DNA from: Lingula anatina
Lineage: Eukaryota; Animalia; Brachiopoda
Direction of reading: 5' to 3'
Assembly: GCA_051362555.1 (NCBI GenBank)
Contig: CM120642.1
Location: 16,678,001 to 16,742,000 of the forward strand
DNA: 64,000 bases
Shown here: positions 1 to 13,220 of the stretch, one piece after another
Layout: each line of letters begins with the position of its first letter
Position numbering within the stretch: position 1 is the first letter of the stretch
Position numbers and translations under genes: made by a program
The notes under the pieces: generated by a model
Databases searched by the model: none
What the model was told of the DNA's origin: nothing
What the model saw: the letters and a program-made list of their open reading frames with translations, nothing else

Positions 1-109
1 GTGAACTTGGAAGTGATTATTTTTTGGTGGTGATCCGGATCAATAATCAATAATAATAAAAAATTGTTGCCTTGGCAGAGGACTGCGCTCTCGGAGTGCT
101 TTTCTAGTT
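1..109 (+). mobile_element. 3' end of a Helentron-associated (HINE/DINE-1-like) element, truncated by the window edge
   Basis: Ends CCTTGGCAGAGGACTGCGCTCTCGGAGTGCTTTTCTAGTT: subterminal motif, short GC hairpin, then CTAG-TT, the typical HINE 3' architecture. Confidence 0.55.
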
Positions 110-867
110 ATTTCATGTAATTCCACGAGAAATTCCATGAGTAATTCCCCTTGATCACTTGTCTAACAAAAGTAAGCAGACAGCATAAGGAGGGGAGGGC
201 CAGAGTGTCATATTTTTTTGCTGTTGGTGAGAAAAAAGGGTATTGGAGAATTTCAGGTTGAACATATAACCGGAGAGACAGGTGATACAGTTGATTACAT
301 TCTTGTATTAGTTGCTATTATCATATATTATCACATTTTTACCATACAGTGATGCTCCCAGCAGCAGTTAGCTATATAGTATTTATAATACCCGATAGCT
401 TTTTATGCATAATGAATTTTTTATGTTGGTGCTTCGCCTTATACTGGTATCATTTCCAAATGACAATTTGACAGTTTTAGATTTATTTATAGATGATACA
501 GTATATGATGGTTTTAAGGCAGAAGGGGGTATTTAAAATACCAATTTTCTTATCTTGGTGCTTATGTATGACTTGATGATTTGGAATATATGTTACAGTC
601 TACAGCAATTTACAATATCACATTAGTTTATAAATCTTTATGCACATTTTATCTTATTTAATAAGTTTACTGTGTGTAAATAGACAAAACACCAAAATTA
701 TCTATCTACTTAAAATAATTTCAACCCTATTGAAACAGATTAATAGATTTTCATTTTTTCATTCAAATTGGTTATTTAAGTAAAGTAGCTGATGCAAAAA
801 TACAAGCTTATCTCTAAAAATTGATGCACAAAGAAATCATCAGTTAAAAAAAAAAAAAAAAAAAAAA

Positions 868-1158
868 GGACCTTGCCCTAGAAATGCCAATATTGAAATA
901 TATTGAAATACATAATACATAACAGTGTGCTACAGCTGTGGCAGCGTTGGGCACATATATCACTTTTCTTATTTCAAGTGCATAGTTCATGTCATAGTTC
1001 TGTGTCTGTACATAAAAACTACAGCAAAAGGACCTTGCCCTAGAAATGCCAATATTGAAATATAGTGAAATACATAATACATGAGAGTGTATTACAGCTG
1101 TGGCAGCATTGGGCACATATATCACTTTTTCTTATTTTTAATGAATAGTTCATGTCAT
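868..1158. repeat. Two diverged ~130-bp direct repeats separated by a HINE terminal motif
   Basis: GGACCTTGCCCTAGAAATGCCAATATTGAAATA... starts at 868 and at 1030. Between them, 999-1018 matches 20 nt of the terminus of the element at 19115. Confidence 0.7.
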
Positions 1159-1322
1159 TCTTAGTCAAGTTAACTTGAAGTTATATCAGACAATAGACCA
1201 CCTACCTTCAGCAAACTAAAAAATTCCTCACCATGCAATTTAAAATCAGAGACATGTTGAATGTCTCTTTCATGGGAGTAATGTTAACCAGTCAATCATT
1301 TAGTCTAAGCATGTTCTGATGT

Positions 1323-1479
1323 CACAAAAAAAAAAAAAAACAGAAGTCAGTTCCCTGGCTTAGTTGCCTAGGATTTCCATGAGAGTGATGACATGTGACA
1401 CTGCCCCTGATAGGGTAAGATGTGCCCATGTGACCACTTAACCTTGGTAATTACGTTCTTAGCCAGGGAACCTGACTCA

Positions 1480-1529
<50 letters not shown>

Positions 1530-1531
1530 TG
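1323..1531. mobile_element. Small fold-back MITE with CAC...GTG ends (CACTA-like)
   Basis: CAC-A(n)-...AGTCAGTTCCCTGGCT pairs with AGCCAGGGAACCTGACT...T(n)-GTG. Possible TGT TSD, weak because the right flank is a GT repeat. Confidence 0.5.
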
Positions 1532-1592
1532 TGTGTAAAACCAGGACCTGGGTGTTGCCTGAAGCAATAAAAATGGCTATTTATAGTCTTAC

Positions 1593-4235
1593 CTCTCCAA
1601 TTTGATCTCTCCCGCCTGACTCTCAGCCCAGCCTCCCCCCAACATGGCCTCAAAATAACTGCACCGCAAAGCCAGGATACATCTGGGAATCAACATGATG
1701 GTAAATATTAACAGAAATCATCAAAGATAGCGCAATGTCTAGAAACTCGAGAAATTACAAAAAGAAATATGTTTCTGAGAACTTTGCTCATGCAAGTTTT
1801 ATTCAATTTTTCTAAGCATTTATGCATTATCATCCATCTTTGTTAATTTAAGATATTCACTCTGAATCAGTAATTCTATTTCATTTCAAGCATTAAACAG
1901 ATGAAAGTACTATAAGAATTTAGTTATGTAAGTAAACATACCTATGGCATTTAAACGTCACCTCACCCACTTTGAGTTTCACATCACTATTTTCTCCAGA
2001 CAGATACAGTTCCATCAAATCTTTGGCAATGTCATCACAGGGTTCATAACGTATACGTGAACAAGTGTCCACAGAGACGGAGAAAGTCTCTGGACTGGTG
2101 GCTTGTTCTGAGACAGATATGCTATCGTCCCTGATACGTGTATTTTCTTGTGGTGCACTTGATACTGTAATTGCAACAGGTGGGTCTTCAGTGCTTTGAA
2201 GTGAACCCTGAGACTTATCAGGCATCCTAAGCACACTGGTATCTTCATTACTTGAGACAGAATCTCCATTAGGTACATTTTCATCTTCTCTATTCTCAGC
2301 AGATATCAGAACTTGTGTTGACTGCTGATTGTTTTCATTGTTCACTACAGATTCATTCAGATCTTTCAGTTCTGATTGAGCAGTGGTAGTATTCACCGTG
2401 AGCTTGTTGTTCTCATTGATGTCTTTGGTTTGAGCTCCATCTGTAGATGCACAGAAACTTTTCTGTAATTTGTTCCATAGTCCTCTTGCTACTGACAAGT
2501 TGTTTTGAAAGTAGAGCTCTCTGGAATAAGACAATCAGTTTTTTTTTAATACCACTGGTATTTGGAATTGAACACCATGAAGTGATGAGAAATAATACGA
2601 TAACCACACATTAAGTATAAATCATACTTTGGTTTAAAAAAAACCTTGACTCAAGATAGTGTAAACATTTTTATCATTGCCTATAAGTAATTTTGGCTTA
2701 GGCCACACTTTTTTATTTTTATGGATGACATCCTCTGGGGACCCCAAAATCGGTGCGAGCGGGCGGAAAAAAAAAACAGTCCAAAAAAAAAAAAAACTGC
2801 TTAAGAAAAGTTATGTTTTCAGTACACTGCTGGAAACACAAATTTACCACAGAAACACGTATCAAACTAACAATATGTCTTTATCCATGCTCTCAAAATA
2901 TTAAAGCATTGTGAATAAGGCCTACTTCGTAGAAAGGTAAAAAGTCATAAATATATATGCTGCACATTACCAAATCTATTTAAGGTTATTTCATGCATTC
3001 TGTTGGGATAGCAATCAATAAAACAAATATCAAATAAACAGCGTGTCTTTATTTGTACTCTCAGAAAATTAAAGCATTGTAAACACTTCACAGATGGTTA
3101 AAAAAATAAAGCAAAGATAGGCCTATGCTTCCTACTACCAAATCTAAAAAAGGTAATTTCGGTCGATGCCATTTTGTCTACTTCAACTCACACGTAGCAG
3201 CCAACTATCGGGTAGCCTGTCCGACCTTCAGTCCACCAAATACCACGACGCTCTTGTCGACCCTTTTTTTTGCTACAAAAAAAAAAAACCTGGTATGTGC
3301 TGCTTTGGACAGAATGTCACTGAAATTTTCCAGGCGATGATCGCTGGCCGCGGCCAGCCTTTCGTATAATTGTAAAAGGGTGATATCTCCATGTCCAATA
3401 TCAATGGCAAACCAATCCAAAACGACGGCCCCCTTTCTCTTTATGACTTTAATTGATGTGTATTTTGAAATTAATTTGAGATGAATTTGACGGCAAAGCG
3501 ACCATATTTCCATGTGGTGATAATACGCATGCGCAGAAAGCTCATTTTCCGCACTTGGAACTACTCGGATGTCTCCTCAGTCGACAATGACAGTATGGAG
3601 CTTGCAGAATTAGCCGAGGATTGCCGATTGCATTTTCCGGCAAATTCAATAACGACGTTTGCGACAACCAATTTCCTTGGGGGGGGATTTTTTTTTTTGG
3701 AGAACGGATGAAAATCGGTGCGCGCGCAGGATGTCATCCATAAAAATTAAAAAGTGTGGCCTTAGGATTTTTTTTTTTTTCATAATACTTCAATACTTTA
3801 GTATTTAAAAATGCAATTCTTCATCATAAAAAAGACAGCAGTGTTGGCCCCTGTACAGTACAGAATTTAAAAAACATATTGAAGAAATTGTTTGCATATT
3901 TGATTATGTTATACAAACAGTTGAAAAATTACCAAAATCTACTGGGGCCTATAAATACCTCAATAGTTTTCTTGCCATTTCAGCTTGCTGGGATGACAGT
4001 CCTGTCCAGTCTACTGTATCATTCTCATCCTTTACTTTGACCAGATAGCAGCACAGGTCTGGCAGCCTTCGGTAAGCAAAATATTGTGACACTTTGTACT
4101 ACTGAACATAACATTCATTTGGCAATGCTATATAAATACATACCAGATAAGTCACAGTATCATAATTGTGATACATTTATGTTGTAGTGGGTGTATCTTA
4201 AAAAATGTGGTAATTTCAAGGACTACTCTAAAATG

Positions 4236-4309
<74 letters not shown>

Positions 4310-5332
4310 TATGGAAACAAATACATATATTAAAGTTCTTTTTTATCAAAGAAATATTGACACTAAATGCTGCATAATATGCTGAATTTCTACCAATTTT
4401 GTTCTTTTATTATTTACAAACAAATCACAGAAACCTTCCAAAGCCTCTTTTCAAACATGCAGTAAAAATAAGAAAATTAATCCAGAAGGATAATAATAAT
4501 CATCGCATAATTTTTTTATGTGACTATATTTATATGCATATGTCTGTCTGTATGTAATTGTATGTGCGTATGTATGGAATGTAGTGCCAATTTTTCTTCA
4601 TTTTACCTTGCCATCAGTATTGTACTGTGAATATGAATAACTTCACCACCAATATGCACAACAATGTCTGAGAATTCAGCATTGTTAAATAACCTGGAAT
4701 ATAAATTGTAAACTGTAATACAACTGCAAATGTCAGATTTAATTTTCAAGCCTTTAATTTTAGTTTAAATACATTACATCTAACAGGAAAATTTTAGCAC
4801 AAGTCTGAAAACTTTACAGCATATTTCAACATAAAAAAAAACAAATGAAATCAGCAGTTCATGCAATAAAAGACACAATTTCAATCTTGAGCAAACATTC
4901 TGTGCTGGTAAAATTTAACACTTATTTCCAACTTAACTCACATATATTCTCTTTTCTTTCTATCTTTTTTTTTTTGTTTATTTTTCTCTTTTTTATTTCT
5001 GTTACTGACCTGTCACTTGTATTACGGTAATATATATATCATGCAATTAAGAGTAAACAGGATTCATGGTCTAACTCAAATTATATCAAATCAACTCTGA
5101 GTTTTTACAAACAAAACATGGTTTCGTAGAAACAAAATTAATATACTTTGTGCAAATACCTGTCTTGCACTATAAAATAGGCCTACCTTTTCATGTCTTG
5201 TTGAAATATTGTGGCAATCTTTTTCTTTAGTTTGGTTTTTTCCTTAGTATTCTTCACCTCAAAAGCTGTACTCTGGGATGGTGCTGCCATCTTTTGGTAG
5301 GTGGAAACTTTGTCTTTTTGCCTGGCAGACAT
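1593..5332 (-). CDS. BTBD8: Double BTB/POZ-domain protein (BTBD8-like), 5' exons only; the gene continues off the left edge
   Basis: Phase-consistent GT-AG exons 5332-5187, 4693-4607, 4066-3959, 2520-1942, 1682-1593. They give MSARQK...[39 protein letters not shown] (BTB1) and [48 protein letters not shown] (BTB2). A 5'UTR exon donor is at 5797. Confidence 0.8.
2701..3761. mobile_element. Non-autonomous PIF/Harbinger-like DNA transposon in a BTBD8-like intron
   Basis: ~33-bp TIRs GGCCACACTTTTTATTTTTATGGATGACATCCT / AGGATGTCATCCATAAAAATTAAAAAGTGTGGCC; TTA TSD at 2698-2700 and 3762-3764. Confidence 0.85.
4238..4305. repeat. (TA)n microsatellite
   Basis: Pure TA run. Confidence 0.95.
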
Positions 5333-5799
5333 GATGTTGTTGTCAATGTGATTCTAAAATAATTTGCTGCAATAAAATTATGGAGTTTTTCATATAATAT
5401 TAAATATTGCCATTTGATACAATTACATAAAATAAATCACTGTTTTGAACATTTAAAGCGATAAATTGTATCCAATAATTATATTTTACACACATTGTAA
5501 AACAAATGAGAGATACTGTTCTGTACTCTATGAAAAATAACATACGCATGAATTTTAACTACCATTTCTCAAAATTAGTATCTCATCGGATTTTTAAAAA
5601 AATTAAAATTAAAAAAAAAAACCTCACAGACCAAATCTAAGCAAATACCGTGTCCACCAGGACTAATTATAAATTACTTCATTAAGTCACAAGTGATTAA
5701 GAAAGAGCACCCTAGATCCGACTCCTCTAATAATAATATTGCCGACATGTACTGTAATAGCCGTGCTGAAGCCTTGTACTATTTGTGTAGGCTTACCTC

Positions 5800-6141
5800 A
5801 TTGCGTTCACTGCCATTCGCTCTAGAATAAAAATTTTGACTTATCTACAAGAAAATGACTTCTTAGTTACTATAATAGCACCGACCAGCCACTATCTACA
5901 TTTTTTCGCGTTTCTTCCTTTTCTTCGTTGTACTTTTCATTGGATCTCCCCGCACTGACCAATCAAACTTGGGGATCGATCTTCCTTCCCGACTCACCCT
6001 GCTCCAATGTTTACTTCCGCCGGAGTGCAAGTGCTCTGACAGCGTGATGTCCGATTCTAGCCCTTCCAGTACTGAGATAAAACAAGCGCTATAGTAATAT
6101 TCTTCAGTTGGGGCGTTTTTATAATATGCAGATATTGTGAT
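5800..6141. promoter_or_regulatory. Bidirectional promoter between the BTBD8-like gene and SRXN1
   Basis: Divergent first exons are <400 bp apart. Local CpG enrichment, CCAAT on both strands (~5939, 5959, 6004) and an ETS-like ACTTCCG (~6013). Confidence 0.6.
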
Positions 6142-6988
6142 ATGCGTATTCGCACTAGTAATTGTCTTTTTATTCCACTATTTACATCTTTCATAACCAA
6201 GGCATTTTCACGTTTACAAGGCACCAGTGCATGTACTAGAAGTGCGTCGTCATTGTGGCTTACGCCTGTTTCTGGACAATACAGCAAGGCAAGGCAACAG
6301 AATTATTCTCCATCAAATATCCACAGGACTATGGGAACTGTTCAACGGGACCAAAGCATCCATGCAGCTCATATAGAAGAGGTTCACGACGTTCCAATAC
6401 GCGTGTTAATTAGGCCTATACCATCTGTTTTAGACGAGAAAAAAGTGGAGTCTTTGATGCAGGTTATTCAGGTAGATTTCCTGTCTATTCTATTCAGTTA
6501 AACGCCCTATTATTGTCATTTTACCTAAAAGAGATAATGAAAGTGTGCGTACTATCTTTTGTTGCAGATAAAAGTGGGAGAATGACCAACAATTAAGGTA
6601 TCTTATATTGATAGGCCTGCATCAATCTACATGTAGCTTGTTGGTCATTCTAACACTGTGTATATGTGTGTGTGTGTGCTAGGACCCAAAATATATCTTG
6701 TATCCTAGGTGTGTTGGTGTGTGTTTTGCCAAAATTCTTATCAAATCAAAATTTTAAAGGTATTTTTAATCATTTCAGAATGCTGCAACAAGAGCTCAAG
6801 TGCCCCCAATAGATGTTTTATGGATTAAAGGACGTGAGGGTGGTGATTATTACTATTCATTTGGTGGTTGCCATAGATACGAAGCCTACAAGAGACTCAA
6901 CATGCAGACTGTACCCTGTAAACTGTTTAAGTCTACTGTTTCTGACTTGAAGTTTTACCTGGGAAGTTCAACACCAGATTTACTTTGA
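6142..6988 (+). CDS. SRXN1: Sulfiredoxin-1 (2 exons: 6142 or 6331-6471; 6779-6988)
   Basis: [35 protein letters not shown]...[33 protein letters not shown] includes the catalytic FGGCHR motif. Phase-0 GT-AG intron; AATAAA near 7138 and 7149. Confidence 0.95.
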
Positions 6989-9900
6989 TGTGCAATATGT
7001 GGCTCAGTTTATGGCATAAGATTATAACAGCATAACATATTAACACTCATCAAGCCAATGTAAAGCCATTGAAGAAAAGCTACCTGAAGACATATTAATT
7101 GAAACTAGCCCTAAAAATATAGATTCATGTATGTCTTAATAAAAAAAGAATAAAGTCTTTTTACAGTGTTTTTTCTAAATAACAATTTAAAGGTATTGCC
7201 TTGAAAGACAACTTGAAATTAATAAAAATACATGTAGTATATATTAATGAACTGGTTATTGTTATGAAACAAGGATGTTTTAAGAAATGAATATTAAAAT
7301 TACATTGTACCAGTCATTACCTTAAACAAAGGTCCATATTTTTATATGTCTATTTATTCTTATTGTTAAAATAAAAATGATCTCTCTGCAACAGTGATTT
7401 AATATATATTGGCATTTTATTGATTAAATCAAAATTGATAGCATTTCAGTATGTACATGAATTTAATGAATAATGACATTGCTTCTAACCCAACAAAATG
7501 GTCTTAGCATTAGCATGGTAACACAAAACAAGGCATTTACAGTTGATTTAAAAAGGACTAATAATCAGTAATGAACTACGTAAACGCAATGAATTAATAC
7601 ATAGCAGTATTATCAAAAGTTCTAAGATTTTCCATCGTCTTCATCTAGCGTCAGAACGCACACAGTCCGATAATGCAGGTCTTGTGGTCGGAAACTGGTA
7701 CCAGATGCTCTCGGGCCGTGGGGAAAAACCCGTCTAAACCCTTCGTGGGGAATGCCGGGAAAGTGCCCACGCCCGGATAATTCGGTCCTTATAACATGAC
7801 GAAATCGGTTTCTATTGGCACGGCGCTGCGTACAGTTCAAGAATCGTCCCGTTTTAGACAGCATTGTGAGATGGAATAACCTTCGTCTTGACTAACTATT
7901 CTCTATATATACTATACACGAGGTGAAGCATAAAAACTTATTAAAGTAATTCTTACATAAAAAGGCACTGAAGCCAATAAAAAAACTAACAAGAGACATA
8001 ACAATTAAACAGAATCATTTTGACTTTATCTTGGAGAATTAAAACCATAAATAAAGTTAATCATTTTACAACTGCAAGCATCTTTCAAAACTTGATTATA
8101 GTCCTCTTTATGATAAAATGCAAACAGATTCAAGTAATATGATTATAACTCGGGAATATCAATGATTTCAACTAAACTTTGATATATAATTCGACTTAAA
8201 ATACCAGGTTTCTAAAATGTAACTTTGCACTGAAATCGCAACTACCTGCATGATACAAGTACAGAATAAAGCAAGCTTGCTTCAAAATATTTCGGATCTC
8301 ACATTACACTGTATGACCGCCCATGTAAATTTCAATCTGAATTTTTTTTGATCCGGAGAAAAGGTGCATATGTGATGAAGTGGATGTATTTGTCAACTAT
8401 AACACTTGAGAAAATCTGAATATTAGTAATGTGATCTCTATCTTGAGAGATGACAGCATCTCTCAAGAAGAGCAGACTGTACAAAAAATATAATGAAATA
8501 TTTTCTCACACGTAAAATATTTCATTACAGATTTTGCACAATCTATCAATGTAAAATCTCTTCATGTAAAAGCGTTTACATGAAGTCAGATTTTACAAAA
8601 ATGTGAGGGTTTGTTAGTAAGGTTAGTGTGCAGGTTAAGACCTTTTCAAATGCCATACTGACAAACAACTCCACATCATCAAAAGCACAAATTTGAAAAA
8701 TGACCATCTCAGATTGAAACAAAACACAGACGACCACAAGTGGTGGGAATGTTTTTGTGAGCAAAAAACTATCTGCATTCAGAATGTGGATAAAGCAACT
8801 CTATATTCAAATTTATTAATATAATAATTATAGCAACTGCAGAGGTACATGTAGACTTTTCCTACAGAAGCACATCTTATTCAATTGATCTTGTATGGAA
8901 TGAAGAATTATCTTGAACCTTAGTTTTCTCTTCTGTTATTGAAATAAAATGGTTCACTGCATAAGGCATAAAATACAAATGAAATTTGATGCAATTTCAC
9001 CTTGACATGTTTGTGACCCATGAACCCCAAATATTCTCAGCATCCAAAAGACTGATACATTATTAGACTGTATTCCCACTACATTCAGTACTGTATATTG
9101 CCTTCATTACCATTCCACATTCTTTATATTTGTTTGCAGAACAAGCCGTGTCCTTCAACACCAAAACTCGTGGGATGTCCGAGCATCCATGAAAGTGTCC
9201 ACAGGGCTCCTTGCTAACGCTGTACAGTGTTCAACATCTTGGACATTTGGTCTTGGGTCGACGTTATCTGACATCATGCAGGCGTAATTATTGGAAAACT
9301 CCCAATTCGTAGCCTACAAATGAAATCCAACTTTTACTCAAAAGTATGAAAAGCTATATCGAAAGCTTGCAGTAACTGCAACAAAGAAAGTATATCACTG
9401 GTACATGTATTTACACACTGTTAACATTAATGAAAAGCTTGGTTCTTAAAATGATCAGAGCGTTATTTCCAAATGTACAGTGAAATATGCTTCCTTTATT
9501 GATATATACATATTAACTTTTTAGAGTAAGTAGACAGCAGTCTTCAAAAAATAAATTATTTCAAACATTTGACAAAAAAGTAAGAAAAGATGTTGCTATA
9601 TTGAATATTGTAATGTTAGCCTACATGTTAAATTGTTGACTGTCTGTGCTACTTCTAATTCTACTGTTTGTTTACATAGGATATAGTTTTTGATCACTGT
9701 CAATAATAAGAAACGCCATAATACACCAATAATAATACTTAAAAAATTCAGAACCACTTTTCTTAAGTTGTTGATCCCCAATAACTTACAAAGTTATCTG
9801 TATAAAGATCCCTCAATCCTGAAGAAGTGTTTCATCTGGAGGTTTGGTAGTTGCAATCTTCATTTTTAGAATCCACCACTTTTGGTAGCCTGCAAATTTA

Positions 9901-10132
9901 AATTATTACTTCAAAATGTAATAAAAGTCAACCATTTGTATATGAAATGTGTTTTTAAAGTTTCAGCAGTTTGATGGGAAATAAATATCAAAAGCACTTT
10001 TGTCACAAACTTGGAAAAAACATTCAAGCGAAATATTTTGACATGCCACTGGCGACCTTCAGACTTAATGTCACAATGGGGTATTGCACAAATTAGTTTT
10101 AACGAAGGAAAAGGAACACTAACAGCATTTAA

Positions 10133-12196
10133 GGTGGGGATGTAGGTTTGAGATTTTCTCTTAAAATAAAGGTCTTGGCTTTTTTATTCCTGTCACATTC
10201 ATTTAATGTATCTTCAAAATATCTAATTATGCTTGGAACACAGCTCTAACTTCATCGTGTGACGTAATATTGGGATTTTGGGGACAAAAACACCATTTTT
10301 ATACACCTGATTTTCTATAAACTTGCTTTTGATGGCATTTTAACACTTGAACAAAGTACTACAGCATGGAGTCGGGGATTTTTCTTCAGACACTTATTGT
10401 TGATTTTATCTATAAAAACGTGAAATTACATCAAAATATTAGGGAATTTTCACTTTCAAAGTCTATAAATTAGAAAAGAGAGGATCAATCAAAATTTCTT
10501 AAAAAGCACTTTTAGTGCATATTTTTCATAATTAGCATGGTGAATTTGGTCTCCCTCAGGTGTACAGGTGGACAGTTATAGCTTGCTAAGATAACGCTAT
10601 CTCGTCAATATTGAAAGCAAAGAAAACGAGCAAAAACCCTTTCAGGGAGGTTAATTGTCCAAATTAGCAAATTAAATTGTTGACAGCTTTACCTGTTATC
10701 GTTCTGAGGATCGCGAAGATGGGTACTCTATTGCCGGTTGAAATTAGCTTGTTTGCATGCATTTGGATGTCAAAAAATCTTATTTTTGTATCAATCTCAC
10801 CTCCTGTTAGTAACTTCAAGGGGTTACCGCTAGCACTGCCAGAATGATTGACAGGCAATCAAGTAAGCCCTAATGACTCAAGCAATCAGTGGCCACGTCA
10901 ATTGCCGTCGGGGAAAGTGTTAGGGATGCGCTCTAGGATGTGCACACAATAGCAGCATCGCAGGCGGTCTTGTTCACATTCGCCAAGCGAAAAATGGTTC
11001 GAAACAGGGCCGTGTTACAGGACGCCGATCGGACCATCAACAACAAGAAATAGACACAACCAAAAAGGTTTTGTTAGAGGAAATGAGAAAAGCTGGGTCA
11101 ACTCCGTTTCAAAATTCTTTGACGCTTTGCAGGAAAAATCCTTCCTTTGTTTCTCTAGCTCCTTATAAAACCTGGTGTCCAGATTTTATCTAGTGCCCTC
11201 AGGGTTGCGGGAGCTGCTCTTTGAAAATAACACTCGAGTAGATATTTACCTGAGCTAAATATCGCCAGCGAGGCTTCGGGAGAGTTGTGGGCCACTGAGC
11301 CCTCCAATTAAGAGGTATAGGAAGTTCCAGTTAGATGGACGATTAAGATAAAACTTGTTAAGGTTTCAGGCATTGTTTAACACAGTTCAATAAAAGTATG
11401 CAAGACCGGGGGGGGGGGGGGGGGGGGGGCAGAGCATTTGTGCCTATACAATTGATACAGAGGATTTGTTCATAAAGGTGACTTTAATAAGCAGAGGATT
11501 TCTTTATATTCCGTGAAAAATACACTAAATTTATATGAAATAATATCATGGTTGGCCAAAAATTGTACGCACAGTGCATCCGTGCGTATGCCTAGTTACG
11601 CCCATGTTAAGATTTTTAAAATCTAACAACTGCATCGAGATGTTGTCGAAAATGGATAGAAAGTATGACGATTGTTGTCACGGGTAGCAAGCAACGGACT
11701 TTTCTTCTTTTTTTTGCGTATCTCAAAAAGTTAACAAGAAAATCGAAAGAGCGCGTGTAACAATAAGCAATATTCAAGGGAGAACGCGTATTTCGAGCAA
11801 ATCCAATGTGTCGGAAAAGATTCATCTTAGCGCTAATCACAATCCAGAGTGACTATCAAAACAGCTTAAGCGGAACAATAGGCACTGCTTTGCCGATCGC
11901 TGTTTATGACAAAGGGGGCATGGCGCATCCCTGTTCTATTGTTTCCCTAGACGTGCTGATGCTGCTAAGGTCCGCCCACCGAGTTAACCCATGCCAACGG
12001 CCCTTGACAACGAAGGTGGGGCATAGACCAGGCCACCGGTGCCGATGTGTGCAGCATCAGAATCCTCAGAAAAAACATTTTTTGTTCAAAATGTAAAAAA
12101 TTTATTCTGTTAAACGTTAGATACACATTTAACCAATAATTAGACATAAAAAACCAAAAATGACGATTTTTAGCTATATTTGGGTACATCCGTACC
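10133..12196. mobile_element. Non-autonomous Kolobok-like DNA transposon
   Basis: TTAA at 10129-10132 and 12197-12200. Termini GGTGGGGATGTA / TACATCCGTACC (10/12 inverted match) with RR..YY ends. No transposase ORF. Confidence 0.6.
11505..11606 (+). mobile_element. Partial copy of the MITE family at 57415-57580, nested in the Kolobok-like element
   Basis: TATATTCCGTGAAAAATACACT...AATTGTACGCACAGTGCATCCGTGCGTATGCCTAGTTACGCCCATG is near-identical to 57477-57580. Confidence 0.75.
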
Positions 12197-12639
12197 TTAA
12201 ACGACTCTACTCAAAGACAAGTTTAAGTAAAGCCTGAACAATCTATATCCAGCGGGAGGAGTGTACTAGTATTCCATCAAGTGTTTAATTTGTGAAGGAT
12301 TTATATGGGAGAGACAAAGAGAAAGTTGAACGTTAGAGTTAAAGAACACGGGAAGGAATAAGAAAGGGTACCCGAAGAGGGAAAAATACACTACAGCCCA
12401 AGGTAGCCTTCTGCTACAACGAACCATCACAAAAAAACATTGATTGGGAGAGTGCCAAGATTCTACAAAAAGAAAGTGACTGGAGAACAAGAGGCGTAAA
12501 GGGAGGCATATAAACCAGGAAAATGCCTAACAATCTGAACAATATAGAGAGATGGAAATAAATACTCACTTCTACGGTGGCCTTTTATTACCACAACCAC
12601 AGCACTGGAGGTGGGGGTGGTAGCTGCTAGTATACAATT

Positions 12640-13220
12640 TCTGGACCATGCAGTGACAACGTCCCGGAGTCACATTGGTGGTGGGTGTTGGGGGCGGTAG
12701 CTCCAAGTAATTTGGACCAGTAACCATGCCCTGGAGTCACATTGGAGGTGGTGGGTGGTGGGGGCGGTAGCTCCAAGTAATCTGGACCACTGACCACGCC
12801 TCGGAGTCACATTGTTGGTGGTGGGTGGTGGGGGCGGTAGCTCCAAGTAATCTGGACCACTGACCACGCCTCGGAGTCACATTGTTGGTGGTGGGTGGTG
12901 GGGGCGGTAGCTCCAAGTAATCTGGACCAGTGACCACGCCTCGGAGTCACATTGTTGGTGGTGGGTGGTGGGGGCGGTAGCTCCAAGTAATTTGGACCAC
13001 TGACCACGCCTCGGAGTCACATTGTTGGTGGTGGGTGGTGGGGGCGGTAGCTCCAAGTAATCTGGACCACTGACCACGCCTCGGAGTCACATTGTTGGTG
13101 GTGGGTGGTGGGGGCGGTAGCTCCAAGTAATCTGGACCAGTGACCACGCCCCGGAGTCACATTGGTGGTGGTGGGTGGTGGGGGCGGTAGCTCCAAGTAA
13201 TCTGGACCATTGACAACGTC
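12640..13220. repeat. 70-bp G-rich minisatellite, ~8 copies
   Basis: Unit ...GGAGTCACATTGTTGGTGGTGGGTGGTGGGGGCGGTAGCTCCAAGTAATCTGGACCACTGACCACGCCTC; the ORF-track starts shift by 70. Confidence 0.95.

Noticed and set aside
4152-4385. IYIYIY ORFs and similar poly-I/poly-L ORFs at 50.4 kb and 62.8 kb
   Set aside because: They are microsatellite translations.
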